Shown here piece after piece: positions 39,733 through 54,029 of a DNA stretch of 64,000 bases (its first letter is position 1; every line of letters starts with the position of its first letter). Below the pieces are notes generated by a model, which worked only from the letters and a program-made list of their open reading frames with translations, ran no database searches and was not told the DNA's origin. This DNA is from Lama glama (taxonomy: Eukaryota): positions 95,606,001 through 95,670,000 of the forward strand of contig CM052817.1 in the NCBI GenBank assembly GCA_028534125.1, in the 5' to 3' direction. A program made the position numbers and the translations under genes.

Positions 39733-40338
39733 TGGGCATATATCTGGAGGAAACTCTAATTTGAAAAGATACATGCACCCAAATGTTCACAGCAGCACTA
39801 TTTACAACAGCCAAGACATGGAGGCAACCTAAATGCCCATCGACAGATGACTGGATAAAGAAGCTGTGGTATATTTATACAATGGAATACTACTTAGCCA
39901 TAAAAAGAATGAAATACTGTCATTTGCAGCAACATGGATGGACCTGGAGATTGTCATACTAAGTGAAGTAAGACAGAAAGAGAGAAAAATACCATATGAT
40001 ATCATTTATATGTGGAATCTAAAAAAAAAACACAAACTTACAAAACATAATCAGACTCACAAACATAGCAAACAAACTTATGATTAAAGGGTGGGTAAAT
40101 TAGGAAGGGACAGGGGGTAAATTAGGAGTTTGAGATTTGGAGATAGTATTATATATAAAATAGATAAACAACAAGGATCTATTGCATGGCACAGGGAACT
40201 TTATTCAATATCTTGCAGTAACCTATAATGAAAAAGAATGTGAAAAGGAATATACGCATGTATATGTATGACTGAAACATTATGCTGTGCGCCAGAAATT
40301 GACACAACATTGTAAACTGACTATACGTCAATTTTAAA
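39733..40338 (+). mobile_element. 5'-truncated lineage-specific L1 3' end
   Basis: ORF2 C-terminus ([19 protein letters not shown] in ORF 39866..40087) plus 3'UTR; TSD-like gggaaagtctc/gggaaatctc. Confidence 0.9.
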
Positions 40339-41503
40339 AAGGGGGGAAATCTCATTGCTGTAAGCTGGGTGCTGAGAGGAAACTGTGCTTTCCTTGCCAA
40401 GTATGAGACAGGTGAAAATCGAGTACATGCACACTTTATTGATTTTCAATAAAGAAGACAGAGTGGTATTTTTAATTAAATGATTAAAATTAATACAATG
40501 ATATCAGTAAGATCTTATGTAAGAAGTGTACTAATTGTGCTTTTTTCTTCCTGACACATTACACATGCTTCTCAGCGAAAATGACTTTTTTGTCAGCGAC
40601 TAAACTGCAGGCAACTGTTATATTTCATTTAGATCCCTTCCCCCTCCCCCTATTATGCCAAGCTGTTTTTTTTTCCCTCTGCATGTCTGCGAAGCTCATA
40701 AAAACCAAGTCCATTGATTCAATCATGCTAAAAAAAAAAAAAAAAACCAAAGAATATAAAGCTTTCCAAGTTACATGCCTGGCTTCTTGCCTTTACTTCC
40801 AGCCCATCTGATTCTTTCTTGGGTACTGACTGCATTCTCTGCCCCCTTAGGGATTTGGTGACCTGACAGCCATCCTGACCCTGACTCCCCTCTAGATCAC
40901 TCACAGGTGCAGTCATGACACATGGGACCCTCTCCTCAAACTACTTAGTATTGGGAAAAATAAACAGTGTGGTCAGTGTCATGGATACATAATGATGTCT
41001 CTAAACCCTGCAAGTCATTCCAAGGCCCAAAGACAAACAAAGGAATACTAGAAAGGGATTCATTTAGTTGAAAAAAAAAATCTCAACATAAAGGGCAAAG
41101 CTAGAAAGAATCTGCTCCATCATTTATCTCCCCCAAGCCCACTTTTCCCCAGCTTTGCCCCTAGATTAAAAACCACTGGCTATTTGCACCACAGAATTTA
41201 CAGAAATCAGTTTTTAAAAGCTACTTGGGATAATTTCAAGCATGATTTTTCCATGAAGTGCTCTCTACTCTTTCTTATGACAACTCTTGACCTTTCAAAA
41301 ATGCACAAAACACTGATCACTGATAAAAGAGAAAAAACCTCTAGCATCTGTAATCTACCTGGTAGATTCCAGACTCACCGAAAAGTTTTCAAACTGACAT
41401 CTCCATGGGCAAGTGAGACCTAATTCAATAAATATTTCCATAGTCCGTGTTTTTTCATGCACTAGCATTATTGCCAAGTGTTTTCTTGCTTTTTTTTTTA
41501 AAA

Positions 41504-41713
41504 CAGAGTTTCTCAACCTGAGCACAATGGGCACTTGAAGCAGATACTTCTTCATTGGAGGCTGTGCTGTGCATTGTAGGATGTTTTGCAACATCTCTGG
41601 TCACTACTCACTAGATACCAGTAGCACCAGCCCCCTAGCTGTGACAACCACAAATAACTCCAGACATTGTCAGTGTCCTCTGGAGGGCAAAATCACCCCA
41701 ACTGAAACCACCG
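41504..41713 (+). mobile_element. MER20-like hAT-Charlie MITE
   Basis: cagagtttctcaacctgagcac...tgtgcattgtaggatgtt...ctagataccagtagcacc...gtgacaacc...ccagacattg...gggcaaaatcacccc...gaaaccaccg. Confidence 0.85.
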
Positions 41714-43984
41714 CTGTAAAGTTTTTTTGCCACATTCTTGTTGTCACCATGCCCCACCCCCTCCCTCATTTAATCAACACCCAAGGCAAAGAAGAAAGAA
41801 GAAGCTCTTGCCAAGTTCTAGCCTGGGCTCCTCCATGTACTCAACACCACCTCAGCCGGCTGGCCGAGGACGCAGGAGGCAGCCTGACTTGGGAGCGAGG
41901 TCTCTGCTACAAATCCTACTTGGTCCCTAGGGCCAGCTCTCTCCCTCTCTCTTAGGGAGCCCCAACATAACCATGGTTGAATTAATCATCCCCCTCACTC
42001 TTCGCTTTGACTCCCACCCCTAGGGACAAGTCTATGTATCCACGATATACTTTCCCAACATCCCTCTTCTCCGCACACTGTAGCTCCTTTTAGAATCTCT
42101 TCCTAAAATGATAGGACAAATATTAATCTTACTCCAGCGGCCTGTACTGCTATTTCCAGAAAGAAATTGGCACATGGGAAAAGATGAGACAGTGTTAACA
42201 ATATGCTATGCCTGGGAGGTGGATTGTGGGTGACAGTTTACTGTAATGCTTATTTACATTTTTGTAATCTTTCTAGGATAAACATGGATATTTTGTCATT
42301 TACCTACATTTAAAAAAATGGAAAACAATTACATACGCCCATAAAAAGATGGTATTTCCTCTTTGGAAGTCTAGTTCAGATCAGAGTGCATGCCTCGTGG
42401 CCTCGGAAGAGCTGATTTGTGAATCGGATAAGCCCTGTTCGTACTCTGCTTGGCAACAGGAGGGAAAAAGCAATGGGGGTGTCACAATACTGTCTTTTCT
42501 ACCATCATAAACACAATATATAGCAGCCAGCAAAGGGGATCATTTCATTCATCAGTCTCTTGGTCATTCTATAATCTTTTTTTTAAACATCTACTACACA
42601 CTAAGACACTAGGATGGATGATTCTTGGGGTTCAGAGGTAAGTAAGACCTGGTTCTTGCCCTCAAGAAGCTTAAATCTAAATGGATGATCAGACAAGTAT
42701 AAACAGCCCTCCCATACAAGAAGTAAAATTTAAATACAGTGTGGGAAGAGGGGTCCAGGACGACCGTGGACCAAAGCCCAAAGGTGGAACTGTACTCTCC
42801 CTGGGGGGTTCAGGGACCATCACGGTGTCTGTTAGGCTGAAGCGCCACCAGTGAGAGGCAGAGCTGGTTCCCTGAACAAGCAGGACTCCCAGCATGAAAT
42901 CATAAACACAACGCTCTTTTTGTCTTCCGCTGTCTCTTTAAACCTGTCCAGTAGGAAAATGTTCCTCCCTGTTCCCAGGTGAAAACCCAGGCAGGCCCAT
43001 ATCCTGGTAATTCTTAGATAATAAAAAGCCTCACAGCCCTTGAAGCAGCAAACATGGTCTCGATTCACAGTCCGGAAGGCCCAACCCACGGGGTAACCCA
43101 CAGCTCAACCTTTCTGTAAAGGTGACCTTGGTTTCCCCCTGGAAGGGTCCACAGGTTGCCTGTAATTTGGGGGAAATGGTGTGGTGGGCTCCCTCCCCAC
43201 TTTCTTGCCATCTCCCCAGCCATCCAGCTTCCCTCTCAGACCCTAGGATTAGAGGAGGGGGAGGGAAGGGAGGAGAGGGGACGGACAGCCCTTGTCTCGC
43301 TGTCCTGTTCCAGAATGGTTTCACCCTCTTTAGGCCAGCAGACATTTCTCTCCTGGGATTCACCCACAGGGTCTTCGGAGATCTTGACATTGGAGGTGCT
43401 CACTCTCTAAACTGCCTCGACCTGGTTGAATGGCCTCTAGCCTGGGCTCCCTGATTCCCTCCACCGCCTCAGGCACCCACCTGTGGGCATCCACTTGAGC
43501 TGGGCGCAGGGACCACCAATTCTCTAGGCAGCCCCACCGGACAGCCCTGCAGACCACATCCATGTGGACCCTCCTGTGGGAACCTGGTCCACTCGGAACC
43601 GTGGGGAACGGCTGCCTTTTATTTGATCAGACAGAGAGGCCCCCACCACGGCACAGCAGGCCACTCTCTTCTACTCAGACACCAAGGCAGTCTGCCATCT
43701 CTCACCCTCCAGATCCTAGGCCAATGTCAGGCACGGACCATGAGGCTCCCAACTGAGGAAAACACAAGACGAACTTCCAGATGGCATCTCTCAAGCCGTG
43801 GGCTCTAGATTTGGGTTAAGAGGCTGGTATCCCTTCCCTCACCCCCCTTAGCCTGCAGTTGGGGAATCACAGCCTGGTTCTCTCCAAAAGCCCCTCGCCC
43901 CAACCTTCATAACCTCTCACGCCTATTCTCTCTCAATTTGGCCAAGAGGTCCAAGAGTTTGTGTGTTTTGCGGGGGGGGAGCGA

Positions 43985-44190
43985 GGTAAAATATCCATAA
44001 CATAAAATGTATCATTTTAATTATGTTTGAGCGTCCAATTCAGTGGCATTAAGTATGTTCACACTGTTGTGCAGCCATCACCAGCACCACCTCGAGAATT
44101 TTTCACCTTCCCCAACTGAAACTCTACCCATTAACTCCCATTTCCCCCTTTCCTCAGCCTCTGCCAACCAACATTCTCCTTTCTGACTCT
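43985..44190 (-). mobile_element. Old L1 (L1MB-like) 3'UTR fragment
   Basis: aattcagtggcattaagtatgttcacactgttgtgcagccatcacca...ccaactgaaactcta is a reverse L1M 3'UTR. Confidence 0.7.
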
Positions 44191-44663
44191 AGGCCAGGAG
44201 TTTTTGTATTTTTTTTTCCTAATTCTTCAAGCTGTAACCTTGGTACTGAGGCCAGATCTTCCGTTGAACATACTGTCTAATAGAGTGTCAGGTTGCACTC
44301 CAGAGAAATAACTGGAGAGGCAGGTAAGGGCAGAATATGGAATCTCAGATGCTGGACCAGGAAGACTATCCTAAATGAGGAGCCAGCCACTGGGGGATTT
44401 GGGCAGGGGAGCAACACAATCAGATGACATCTCGGCAGGGGCACTCGTACGGGATGAAGGGACTGGAGGAAATGGAGATGGGGAAATTGATGGGGGGCTG
44501 ATGGCGGTATTGTATCATCATCTCCAAGCAAAAAGATGATGAGGGCCTGGACTGAAGGTCATGAGGGTAGAAAAGACTCACAAGATATTCCAGAGGTTGA
44601 ATGTAGAGGAATTGGTGGTGGACAGTTAAGAGTCCGAATCAAGAATGAAGAGATGAAGGGACC

Positions 44664-44751
44664 TTCATAGCAGCATTATTCACAATAGCCAAGACTTGGA
44701 ACCAACCTAAGTGTCCTCTGACAGATGAGTGGATAAAGAAGATGTGGTACT

Positions 44752-44799
<48 letters not shown>

Positions 44800-45263
44800 G
44801 GAATATTACTCAGCCATAGAAAAGAATGAAATAATACCATTTGCAGCAACATAGATGAACCTAGAGATCATCCTACTAAGTGAAGTAAGTCAGACAGAGA
44901 AAGACAAGTATCATATATCACTTATATGTGGAATCTCAAAAAACAGTACAAACGAACTTATTTACAAAACAGAAACAGACTCACAGACATAGAAAAAAAA
45001 CTGATGGTTACTAAAGGGGAAAAGAGAAGGGAAGGATAAATTAAGAATTTGGGATTAACAGATGCACACTACAATATATAAATAAGATAAACAACAAGAA
45101 CCTACTGTCTAGTACAGGGAACTATATTCAATATCTTGTAATAACCTATATGGAAAAGAATCTGAAAAAGAATATATATATGTACAACTGAATCACTTTG
45201 CTGTACAACTGAAACATTGTAAATAATGTAAAAAACATTCAATTAAAAAAATAATAATGAAAA
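44664..45263 (+). mobile_element. 5'-truncated L1 3' end with internal (CA)n
   Basis: ttcatagcagcattattcacaatagccaagacttggaaccaacctaagtgtcc...; ORF2 end, 3'UTR and A-rich tail. Confidence 0.9.
44752..44797. repeat. (CA)n microsatellite, about 21-22 units
   Basis: Direct reading. Confidence 0.95.
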
Positions 45264-47872
45264 AAGAATGACCTGACCAATGTGAGAGTAACTGAGAAGA
45301 AGCCTTATGTATGGTCTGGATAAGGAGGAGGTGAGATTTTAAAAAATTACAACTCTGTGACTTTTCAGCCTTGGATATTTGGAAAATGCTGCTATTAAGA
45401 GTAGAAAAAGAGAAAAGCTGGGGAGAAATTCGAAGGAAGATTTTCAGTCCTGTTTTGCCTAAGTACCTATGATCCCTGCAGGAAGTAGAGGTCGTGATGG
45501 TTTATAGGCAGTAAGAGAAGAGCCACCAGTGACACACAGAGTGGAAGGGACTGGGTGAGATGAGCAAGGGAGGGAGAGTAGAGAGCAGTGGATGGGGAGG
45601 AACTGTTACCATAGACTCCTACAGAGAAGGAAGAAAAGCAGCAAGAAGAGGTGGAGAGGGAGTGGTCCAGCACAGCCTGCGGTGGAATGCAGGGGGCGGG
45701 GGCAGAGGCCCCGCCCACTCCTGCCATCACATGGAACAGCAGCACAGTGACTCCTCCTCTTAGTCTCTGCCCCATAGATGTCCCAGCCCCACGCTCCCTG
45801 CAATACTGAAATATCCCAATTGCCAAATACATCCCACCATTCGTCACCTTATTCCCTTCTTAAATACTCCAATAATGTCCTATACAGATTTCAGAACTGT
45901 GTTTTGAAATTTCCCCTCTGTAAGCGGCTTTCTTTTATCTTCATCAGATGACAGCCTTTCCCTCCTTTGTCCTATGTCTAGATTGTACAGACCTTGCTAA
46001 CATTATAGCTCAATGTGATTATTATTTACAGATTCATTTCCGCTCTGCACTGAACACCCAGGGAGAGCCTGGTTCTGATTCATCTTTCATCCGCCAGACT
46101 TCACACATTTGATAAGATTAATCTCTGTCTGTCACATGCATCACCTGAGGCAGGGCACACAGTAGGCGTGCTGTTCTCCCTTCCCTGACCCCTCAGTCTG
46201 CCACAGACACTCAGCCACGCTATGAACTTGAAACAAAACACGGAAGGACGCAGCACCGGCAGTGGCACTGAAATAAACAATAATAATTGGCCATTCCCTT
46301 TCTGGGGGCTATCATGGTCCTGAGCTAGTGTTTTTGAATAACGAGAAGCTTAAAAGAGCCTTTAGAAGCAATGCCAACGATGCCATCTGGAAACAGTTCA
46401 TTTTTCTGGAGTGACATTCCTGTCAATCAGATAAATTAAAAATCTTTAATCTCCAACTTTGTTATCCTCAAAGATACAAAGTTCTGGGATGGGCGCAAAA
46501 ATGTGGCCCAGGTATGAAAACTAATTCCTGGAGGTGTTGGGTTTATTCCTTAATACTTTGTGAAAAAAAAAATGCAAGGCAAACGGACCAAGGGAAGCAA
46601 AACAGACGACCAGGAACGAGCAGAGGGCCTGCCTGGGAACATCCGCCTCTGGGAGCGCCTGGCTCCCACGGGCACCTGAGGAAGACAAGCTGCTGCCGTC
46701 TCCCTTGGCTTTCTCTTGCTTGATTCTGTCCTTGCCAGAATCAAGATGGAATGAAGAGCTGGGCTGGGTTTCCTGGGTGGCGCAGGGAGAGACCAGGCCC
46801 CAGCGCTACTCCAACAGAAAAGGAAATGTTATTCCCCAGCAGCTGGACACTCTGTGCCAGGCTTTGTGTTGCTGGAGCTCAGTGACGTGGGAAGGATGCA
46901 GCCTCCCAGCAGGCACTCCCTCCCCTGACAACTGGAGCTAGCCCTCAGCGCAACACAGATGAATGCAGCTCCGCTCTTGCTATGAAAATTAAGACCCTGA
47001 TGCCTGGATGCCCGAGTGCTTTTCTTCCTTCCCTCTTTCTTCCCCTACCTTCTCTCTCTCCAGGAGCCATGCTGTCAAACAGAAGCACTGGCACACTGAG
47101 ACAGGCCTTAAGTTCTCTGAAGGACTCAGCTGGGACATGCTTCTCCACGGGAAGTTACATATTAAACTTCAGTGTCTCTACCATGTGGCCCTTGATTCAT
47201 TCTTACAGCGTCCAGAGTATACTCGTCCTCAGTGGGGAGAAGTTCCCCAGTCTCGCTCTGAGGAATGGAACCCATGCCTGGGGCTTTTGCTACATCCCAG
47301 GAGAGGCAACACAGGCTCCTACTGTCCTTGCTGGACACACTAGTCATCTGTTCCTGGGGAAAAGGAGAAGGAACGCTCTCCATGCAAGGAAACAGCAGTG
47401 CAGCAATTTTCTCTAGTTCTAACCCACAAGAACCTTCAAGAGCAGCATTTTCCACCTGCCTCCTCTCGGAACAGCAGAGTGGGAGACTTACAAGATGCAT
47501 GGCCTCCAGACTTGAGGATAAACAGGCACAGCTGAGGGCAGGGCTGATAAATGGTGTGAGGTATGGAATTGAAATTTTTCCTCCTTAATTAAAAAAAGGG
47601 GGGACGACTGTATTTTTCAACAGAAAAGCCTTACAGTGAGCTCCAGCACACACACACGCACACACACACACATTTTACTCAGGACCACACTGGAGTAACT
47701 GAGCAAACCATGAGACCAAGCCAGTATCTATGAGGAACACATGCAGATATCTGCACAAACTTAATTAATTCATGAAACCATTCACTACATTAAACCATCT
47801 TTTCCAAGTGGTAAAACCGACCTTCACAGTAATCCAAACATTAAGAGAATTTTGTTTAAAATGATGCAACTA

Positions 47873-48004
47873 CGAAGGAGGTTGTAGAGCGCGTGCTTAG
47901 CATGCACGAGGTCCTGAGTTCAATCCCCAGTACTGTCATTAAAATAAATAAATAAACCTAATTACTCCCCTCCTCCAAAAATTTTTTTTAAATAAAAAAT
48001 AAAA
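47873..48004 (+). mobile_element. tRNA-derived SINE (camelid Vic-1-like), A box deleted
   Basis: gtagagcgcgtgcttagcatgcacgaggtcctgagttcaatccccagtac plus tail; 16-bp TSD taaaatgatg(caa/gag)cta at 47857 and 48005. Confidence 0.88.
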
Positions 48005-50788
48005 TAAAATGATGGAGCTAGGTTTTTTCGTATGCCCCTTACCTTCTTCCCGCCCCCTCCCCACACACATACACACGCACATCTTTTAATTTCTATCACA
48101 ATTTCAAAGATATTTTATCAGAATTGGCCTTTTGAACTGGATCACCAAAACCATAAATGCATTTGCATTTCCTCACTCTAGCAGTATACCACCTGGCGAC
48201 TAGGAAGGAGAAGTAACAAAGGTTGAAACAGTGAGCTACGCATACTACAAATCACACTTAAGCGGACAGACGTAAGCAGGGGGTCAAATCAGAAACAATA
48301 AGGAACACCAAGTGTTCCATTTTATTAATTCTAAATCTGCAAAGAACCAGTATTCCCTTAAAAAACGGAACTCAAACTTTAAAGCTAATAAAGGCTTAGT
48401 GAGACCTGGAAGTTCCCTTTCCAAGATCCAAGAAACAGATCATTTTCCATCAGAGCAAAGCACCTGCAGTTCATTCTTCTATTCATTTTTCAATGACTCT
48501 GCATCCCCGACCTCGGCAAGCAACGAACGCAGGAGGTCCTTGCCTGAGCTGACATAGCTGGACATTTGCTAGTGCGTTTTCAGACCGGCCACAAAACTGG
48601 GCCCCGAGCTGCAGCACAAGTTTTGGACTCAATTCAGGGTATGACACTGTCCGGCGTTAAACCACACGGTGGGGGGGGGGTTCCCTGACGTAAAGGAAGG
48701 TCCCTCGGAGTGGTCACGTGGAATTTGATTACAAGTCAGAAGACATCCATCCCACATCACAAATGCTGCATTTGATTTCACTTTCGTCCAAATAACAAGA
48801 ATTAAAATCCTCAGCCACTGGGGGCTCTGGGAGATCAGCTTCTCCAACCAGCAGATGACGCGGAAGGGCCAGGCATTATCTGCTGAACTCTGAGTGTCCC
48901 GGCGTTAGTGTAAAACCTCTCCCAGCCGTCTTGTTTTCTTTTCATTTCATGATTTCACTAGAAATCAGCTAAAGAGGTGCATTTAAACTGCATGTCTGCC
49001 ATTTGGTAACACTCCAAATGATCTCATTTTTTAAAAATTAACCTATTTTTCATCTCATGTGCGGAATATACTTTTCTTGTCTCACGTTCAAAAAAGGAGG
49101 AAAAAAGGAAAAGGGTCAATTAAAGTATCTGATTTAAACTTAAAGCTATTTAACATCATTATCCTTTGCCATTTAATAAATCTATGTCCTGTCCACTTCA
49201 TCTGCTGTGATTAATAGGCCTTTCTGTATCCTTCTATGAACCTGTGTGCAGGAAGGGTGGGGAGTGGGGGGAGTATGCAGGTAGGTTTTAAACAGAACTC
49301 CTGAGAGATTTAGTAGAATCCCTGCTGACATAAAAAATGACCAAAAAGCAAGGTCCATCTCTGTCTGGCAATGGGTTGGCCTCTGCTGGATGCTCCACGA
49401 CAAAGAAGATGAGCAGAAGGAGTCCTGGGAGAGGATGAAGCCAACAAAGTCTTATTTCAATAACTGAGAGTTTTACCAAACTTTTAAATATTTTCCACTA
49501 ACAGATGGTAAAAGGGCTTGAGTATATGCAGACTAGTTTAAAATGCTTTTCTTAGGTGGTGCTAAATATTACTGAATCGTGTCCCAAGGAGATCTCTGCT
49601 GAGGAGCCCTGGCTGCTTCTCTGGCATCGGTCAATGTCTCTAGCAGGCAGGGGAGGACTGGTGGGGTGGAGCAGAGAGCAGAACAGCACATAAAGAGAGA
49701 GACGAGGACCCAGGGGCCACCAAGGCTGCATACGGGCAGTGGCAGACAGGGTGGGAAGAGAACGTAGGCTCAGGCAGGAGAGGGTGCCGTCTAGTTCACC
49801 TCGGCATCCCCGGTGCCCCAAACGGGGCTTGGAAAATAACAGGAGCTCAGTAAATAGTGTTGAATGAATAAGTAAAAGGAAAGAAACAAAAAGAGCACTG
49901 CAAAGAAGCAATGGAAAGCGATGATGAGAAGTAGAGAAAAAGCTAAAAGCACAGGGTTCATTTAACCCCCAAGAAAGCTGTACAAACTTTTGCCAAAAAT
50001 CAAAGCCCTAACAGCCAATGATACACGAGCCTCCGTGTGCGATGGGGCCCCGTCCCTGGTGCCAGGGAACAGGAGCATCTGATGGTGGGAGATGTTCCCT
50101 CTGGGCTCTTAATTCCCCACACTCCTTGGAGACACGAAATGCACAGATCGCCTCACGATGCACTTTGGCTGTATTTCAACCTTCTTTTCTAAATGTTTTT
50201 AAAATAAAAGCAACTTCCAAGTAGGGTAAGTGACTCATTTGAATGGCTCTTCCTCTCCCTGTTCCTGTGTCCTCTCTAGCCCAGGTGGTAAAGAGCAACA
50301 GCATAGCAAGCGGGGGCAGGGGGACAGGGAGAGGGGAGCCCCTAACTGAGAAGCAGGTCCTAAGACTTCGGCCCTCCCTGCTACACATAGGGTGAGGATT
50401 CAGCCCCGTTCTTTCTAAGAAAGATGAGAAAGAGTCAGATCAGAAGAGTTTTCTCATATGAACGACAGAGAAAATACCTTAAACAGTATTAGAGTGGAAT
50501 TTCAGCACAAGCGATGGAAAGGAGAAAACCTTTGGTCTTGATTAAATTATCCTGAGTCCCCAGTTTTCTTCTGCATTCCACAGCTTAAAAAAAAAAGTAC
50601 AGGAAAAAAATTATCTACATATTATCCAATATATTGGCTACATAAGCACTAATGAATTCCAAGTGAAGATTCCTACCCATTTATTTATTTTATTTTTTAA
50701 AAATCGCATATATGTTTTATTAAGTGCACACATAAATATTTCACTTGCTCTGGAGAGATTATAAATGGTACTGATTTTTCTTTGTAAC

Positions 50789-50890
50789 TTTTTTTTCTTT
50801 TCTTTTTTTCAGTGGAGGTACTAGGAATTGAACCCAGACCTCGTGCATGCTAAGCAGGTGTTCTACACTGAGCTCTACCCCATCCTCCTC
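50789..50890 (-). mobile_element. tRNA-derived SINE (camelid Vic-1-like)
   Basis: T-tract then ggaggtactaggaattgaacccagacctcgtgcatgctaagcaggtgttctacactgagctctaccc. Confidence 0.85.
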
Positions 50891-52203
50891 CTACCCCTAT
50901 TTAAATGCAGAGTAAGGGACAATGATTCTGCTCTCCAGATACATCCCGCAAATCACTGCCATTTCACCGTTAGTCCCTCAGCTCTGCTAAAGGTCTCTCG
51001 CCCTCTCCACCAGAGGGCCATTGGGATAACTTTGGTAACGTGTGTGTGGACCACAGAAAGCTTGCCCCCTTGGATGCTCTGACTTCAAAACAGTAGAAAG
51101 ACCCTCTGGCAGCGACAGCAGGGGAATGTGCGTGTATGCTTAGGTGGGTTTACAGAGCTGAGGTTGGCAGTAGCAGGAAGTAAAGGAAACAAGTTCATGA
51201 TTTGTTCTTTAAACAGTGAGTCCCACCCCTTGATTTTGGATGTACGAGAAAATGCAGTGGGTCACGTGTCTATTCTATCATGGTTTCCCCGCTTCTCCAG
51301 AGGTGGAAGTAAGGAATACAAGCAGACGGCGAGCCACGGGAAACCAGGAAATGTGCTCAAATCCAGCCGCCAGCCCGTACTTAGAAAATAGGAAGTAAAT
51401 CAACTTGCAGCACAAACTCAGGATGGCCTAAATATGGGGCATGGGGAGGACACATACATGCGTGGAGTAAATAGAAGACTTATTAGGAAGGAAGACCAAG
51501 GATGTCACAGGCAGGTCCTCACAGTTTGATGATGAGGAAATACCACTTTTCAATCCTTTGCCTTCCTACAAGAGCAACAGAAGTCTTAAGGGAGAAATAG
51601 TCTCTCTTCAGAAAAGCTTTCCACTCTTGGGCTAACATGGACACTTACCTGCTCAACGGAAACTGGCCCCACTGCTCCCCTCTCAACCAGTGTATCTTCC
51701 GATGCTTAATGTGGCTGATCGGCTCGGGTACCACCACCCAGGGAGCCCCTGCTCAGTGGGACGTGGCCACTCCACAGCAGAAAGAGGACTCCCTTCTCCA
51801 GATCTGTGATATCAGCCAGTACCCAGATAGGCACAGAAGCCATGGGGTTTAATTACAGATGCAAATGTTCCCCTTCTTTGACATGAATAAGTTCAAGGCG
51901 AAAGGTTAATAGTGTGATGGGAAGAAAAGCCACCGTGCGATGAGAATGCTTTAGATCTCTCCTTGAGGAGCATGACCGTGTGCTCTCCCTCACAAGACCA
52001 CCGCATGGCCAGAAAGTCTGACGGGAGGGACCATAACAAGCTAGAGTGAGGTAAGAGAGTCTAACGCAGTGAGAAGGTACACAGCTTCTATGCGGCAGGG
52101 AAACTGGTCCTCTTGAGTGAAACATGGAACCGAAATGTTTCATTGGTTACTCAAATATCTGCATCCACACTGCAATTGGCTCCCCCAGAAAACAAAGCTT
52201 CTG

Positions 52204-52283
52204 AGGGGGGAAGGTCTAGCTCAGTGGTGGAGCATGTGCTTAGCAGGCACAGGGTCCTGGGTTCAATCCTCAGCACCTCCATT

Positions 52284-52331
<48 letters not shown>

Positions 52332-52405
52332 ACCAACCAACCAACCAACCAACCAACCTAATTACTCCCCCCTCACAAAATTTTAAATTAAAATAAAAAA
52401 AAAAA
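52204..52405 (+). mobile_element. tRNA-derived SINE (camelid Vic-1-like) with expanded (AAAT)n(AACC)n
   Basis: A box tagctcagtgg, B box ggttcaatcc; tetranucleotide expansion about 52286-52357. Confidence 0.9.
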
Positions 52406-52502
52406 GAAAGCGTCTTCTTAGAGTTACCATCATCAAATAGTAGTTAGTGATGGCCTCTCTGTGCTACCATTTGTGTTGTGGATAATGTCTGAAATAACCT
52501 AA

Positions 52503-52655
52503 TACGAAAAAGAATATATACATATATATGTATAATGGAATTGCTGTGCTGTTCACCAGAAAGTAACACAACATTGTACATCAACTATACTTCAATTTAA
52601 ATAAACAAACAAACAAACAAACAAACAAATAAATAAATAAAAGTTTTAAAAAAGA
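52503..52655 (+). mobile_element. Very short L1 3' tip with (AAAC)n(AAAT)n tail
   Basis: gaaaaagaatatata...gctgtgctgttcaccagaaagtaacacaacattgtacatcaactatacttcaat matches the ends of the other L1 copies here. Confidence 0.8.
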
Positions 52656-54029
52656 AAATGTTGGTAGAAATTTTTTTTTTAATTTATACCAGAAAACAGA
52701 AGACAACACAGGAAAACAGAAGGGCAGCTACACCAACTGTGAATGCATTTCTTAGAGGTCATTCTTAATTCTTTCTCTGAGTATTGTAAAGGATCTGGTA
52801 CCCCTCCGCCACGCCCAACCCCACCCTGCACCCCTGCTTACAGCCCTCCCCTACCCACTACCATAGTCAAACCCCCTTCCTTCCCCAGTCCAGCCAAACA
52901 GAAGAGGAATCTGTAACGAAGGTTGGAGCACATGAAATTCCTTTCTGAGTTCTTGCCTGGTTTCTGGGAATGCAGGCCAATACAAATTTTCCTTAACATA
53001 TGAGCGATGCAGCAGAGATGATCATAAACAAGAGCCTTTTGAGTCCGGCCGGTCTGAGTCCCGGCCTCAGTGTGGGAGGTGGAGGAAGCTGGGTCAAGAC
53101 AGCGAAAGGGTGGCCGAGGGGCGAGAGCTCTGAGGGGAGGAGGAGGCACTGAGGCGCTGGCCTGGGGCGTGAGCCAAGGAGCCCCCATACGAGGCGCGGG
53201 AGCAGCAGAGCCACTCGGGTGTACGGGCTCAGGGATCTGGAAGCTGAGTATGGGATTTCAAAATAAACAGCAGGGCATGTATTGGTCAAAGAGCAAGGGT
53301 GGCACCAGTTACGGTGGAGCTTCTGTGAGAAGCAAAGCCCTGCTTCTCGCTGGGAAGAGAACGGCCCTTCCAGAGCTGCATCCAGCGAGTCCCTGCTCTG
53401 CCCTGTCTAAATGATCGGCTAAACAACACTGAGTACATCCTCTGAGCTTAACAAGACCTACACCTTCAAGAAAAGAATTCTCTGGGTATACAAACAGGTC
53501 ACATTTTTATCTTATTAAAATGATCGATTCCCTGTTTGTATAAGAGAGCCAAACAGATCCAATTCTCACTGGGTTTCAAGTGCTAAAAAAAAAGAGGCTA
53601 ATTCCTTATTTAAGATTTAACTTCCCCAGGTATGGATTTTCTGTCTATGTGTATGTCTATATAGCATACATATTTGTACACACAGGTATATCCTGAGAGC
53701 TGTTTAGCATATATATGGTAAAGAGGAACGTGATCTCCTCATTAGTTGTAAACCTACTGTCGTCACATTCATTATAAGCCATCTAAAAAGCTGACATATC
53801 AATATTCTTTGGCATCAGCTAAAGTACGGAATGCTTTAGCAAACACAGAAATCAGAGAGGTCAACTCCACCATGGAAGTATTTATTCAATAGACTAGGTT
53901 TCATAGGCTTTGCATCTGAAAATTGAATACAGTGCTAATACAGGTAAAGACAGGCTTTCATGTTAATACTAAAGTCTGCATTTTTTTACCTAATTTCTGG
54001 AATTACGGAAATCTGATAATTCCCTAATT

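Noticed and set aside
52204..52280. tRNA-like sequence with A and B boxes, plus six similar copies
   Set aside because: Diverged copies with A-rich tails and TSDs and no complete acceptor stem: SINEs, not tRNA genes.
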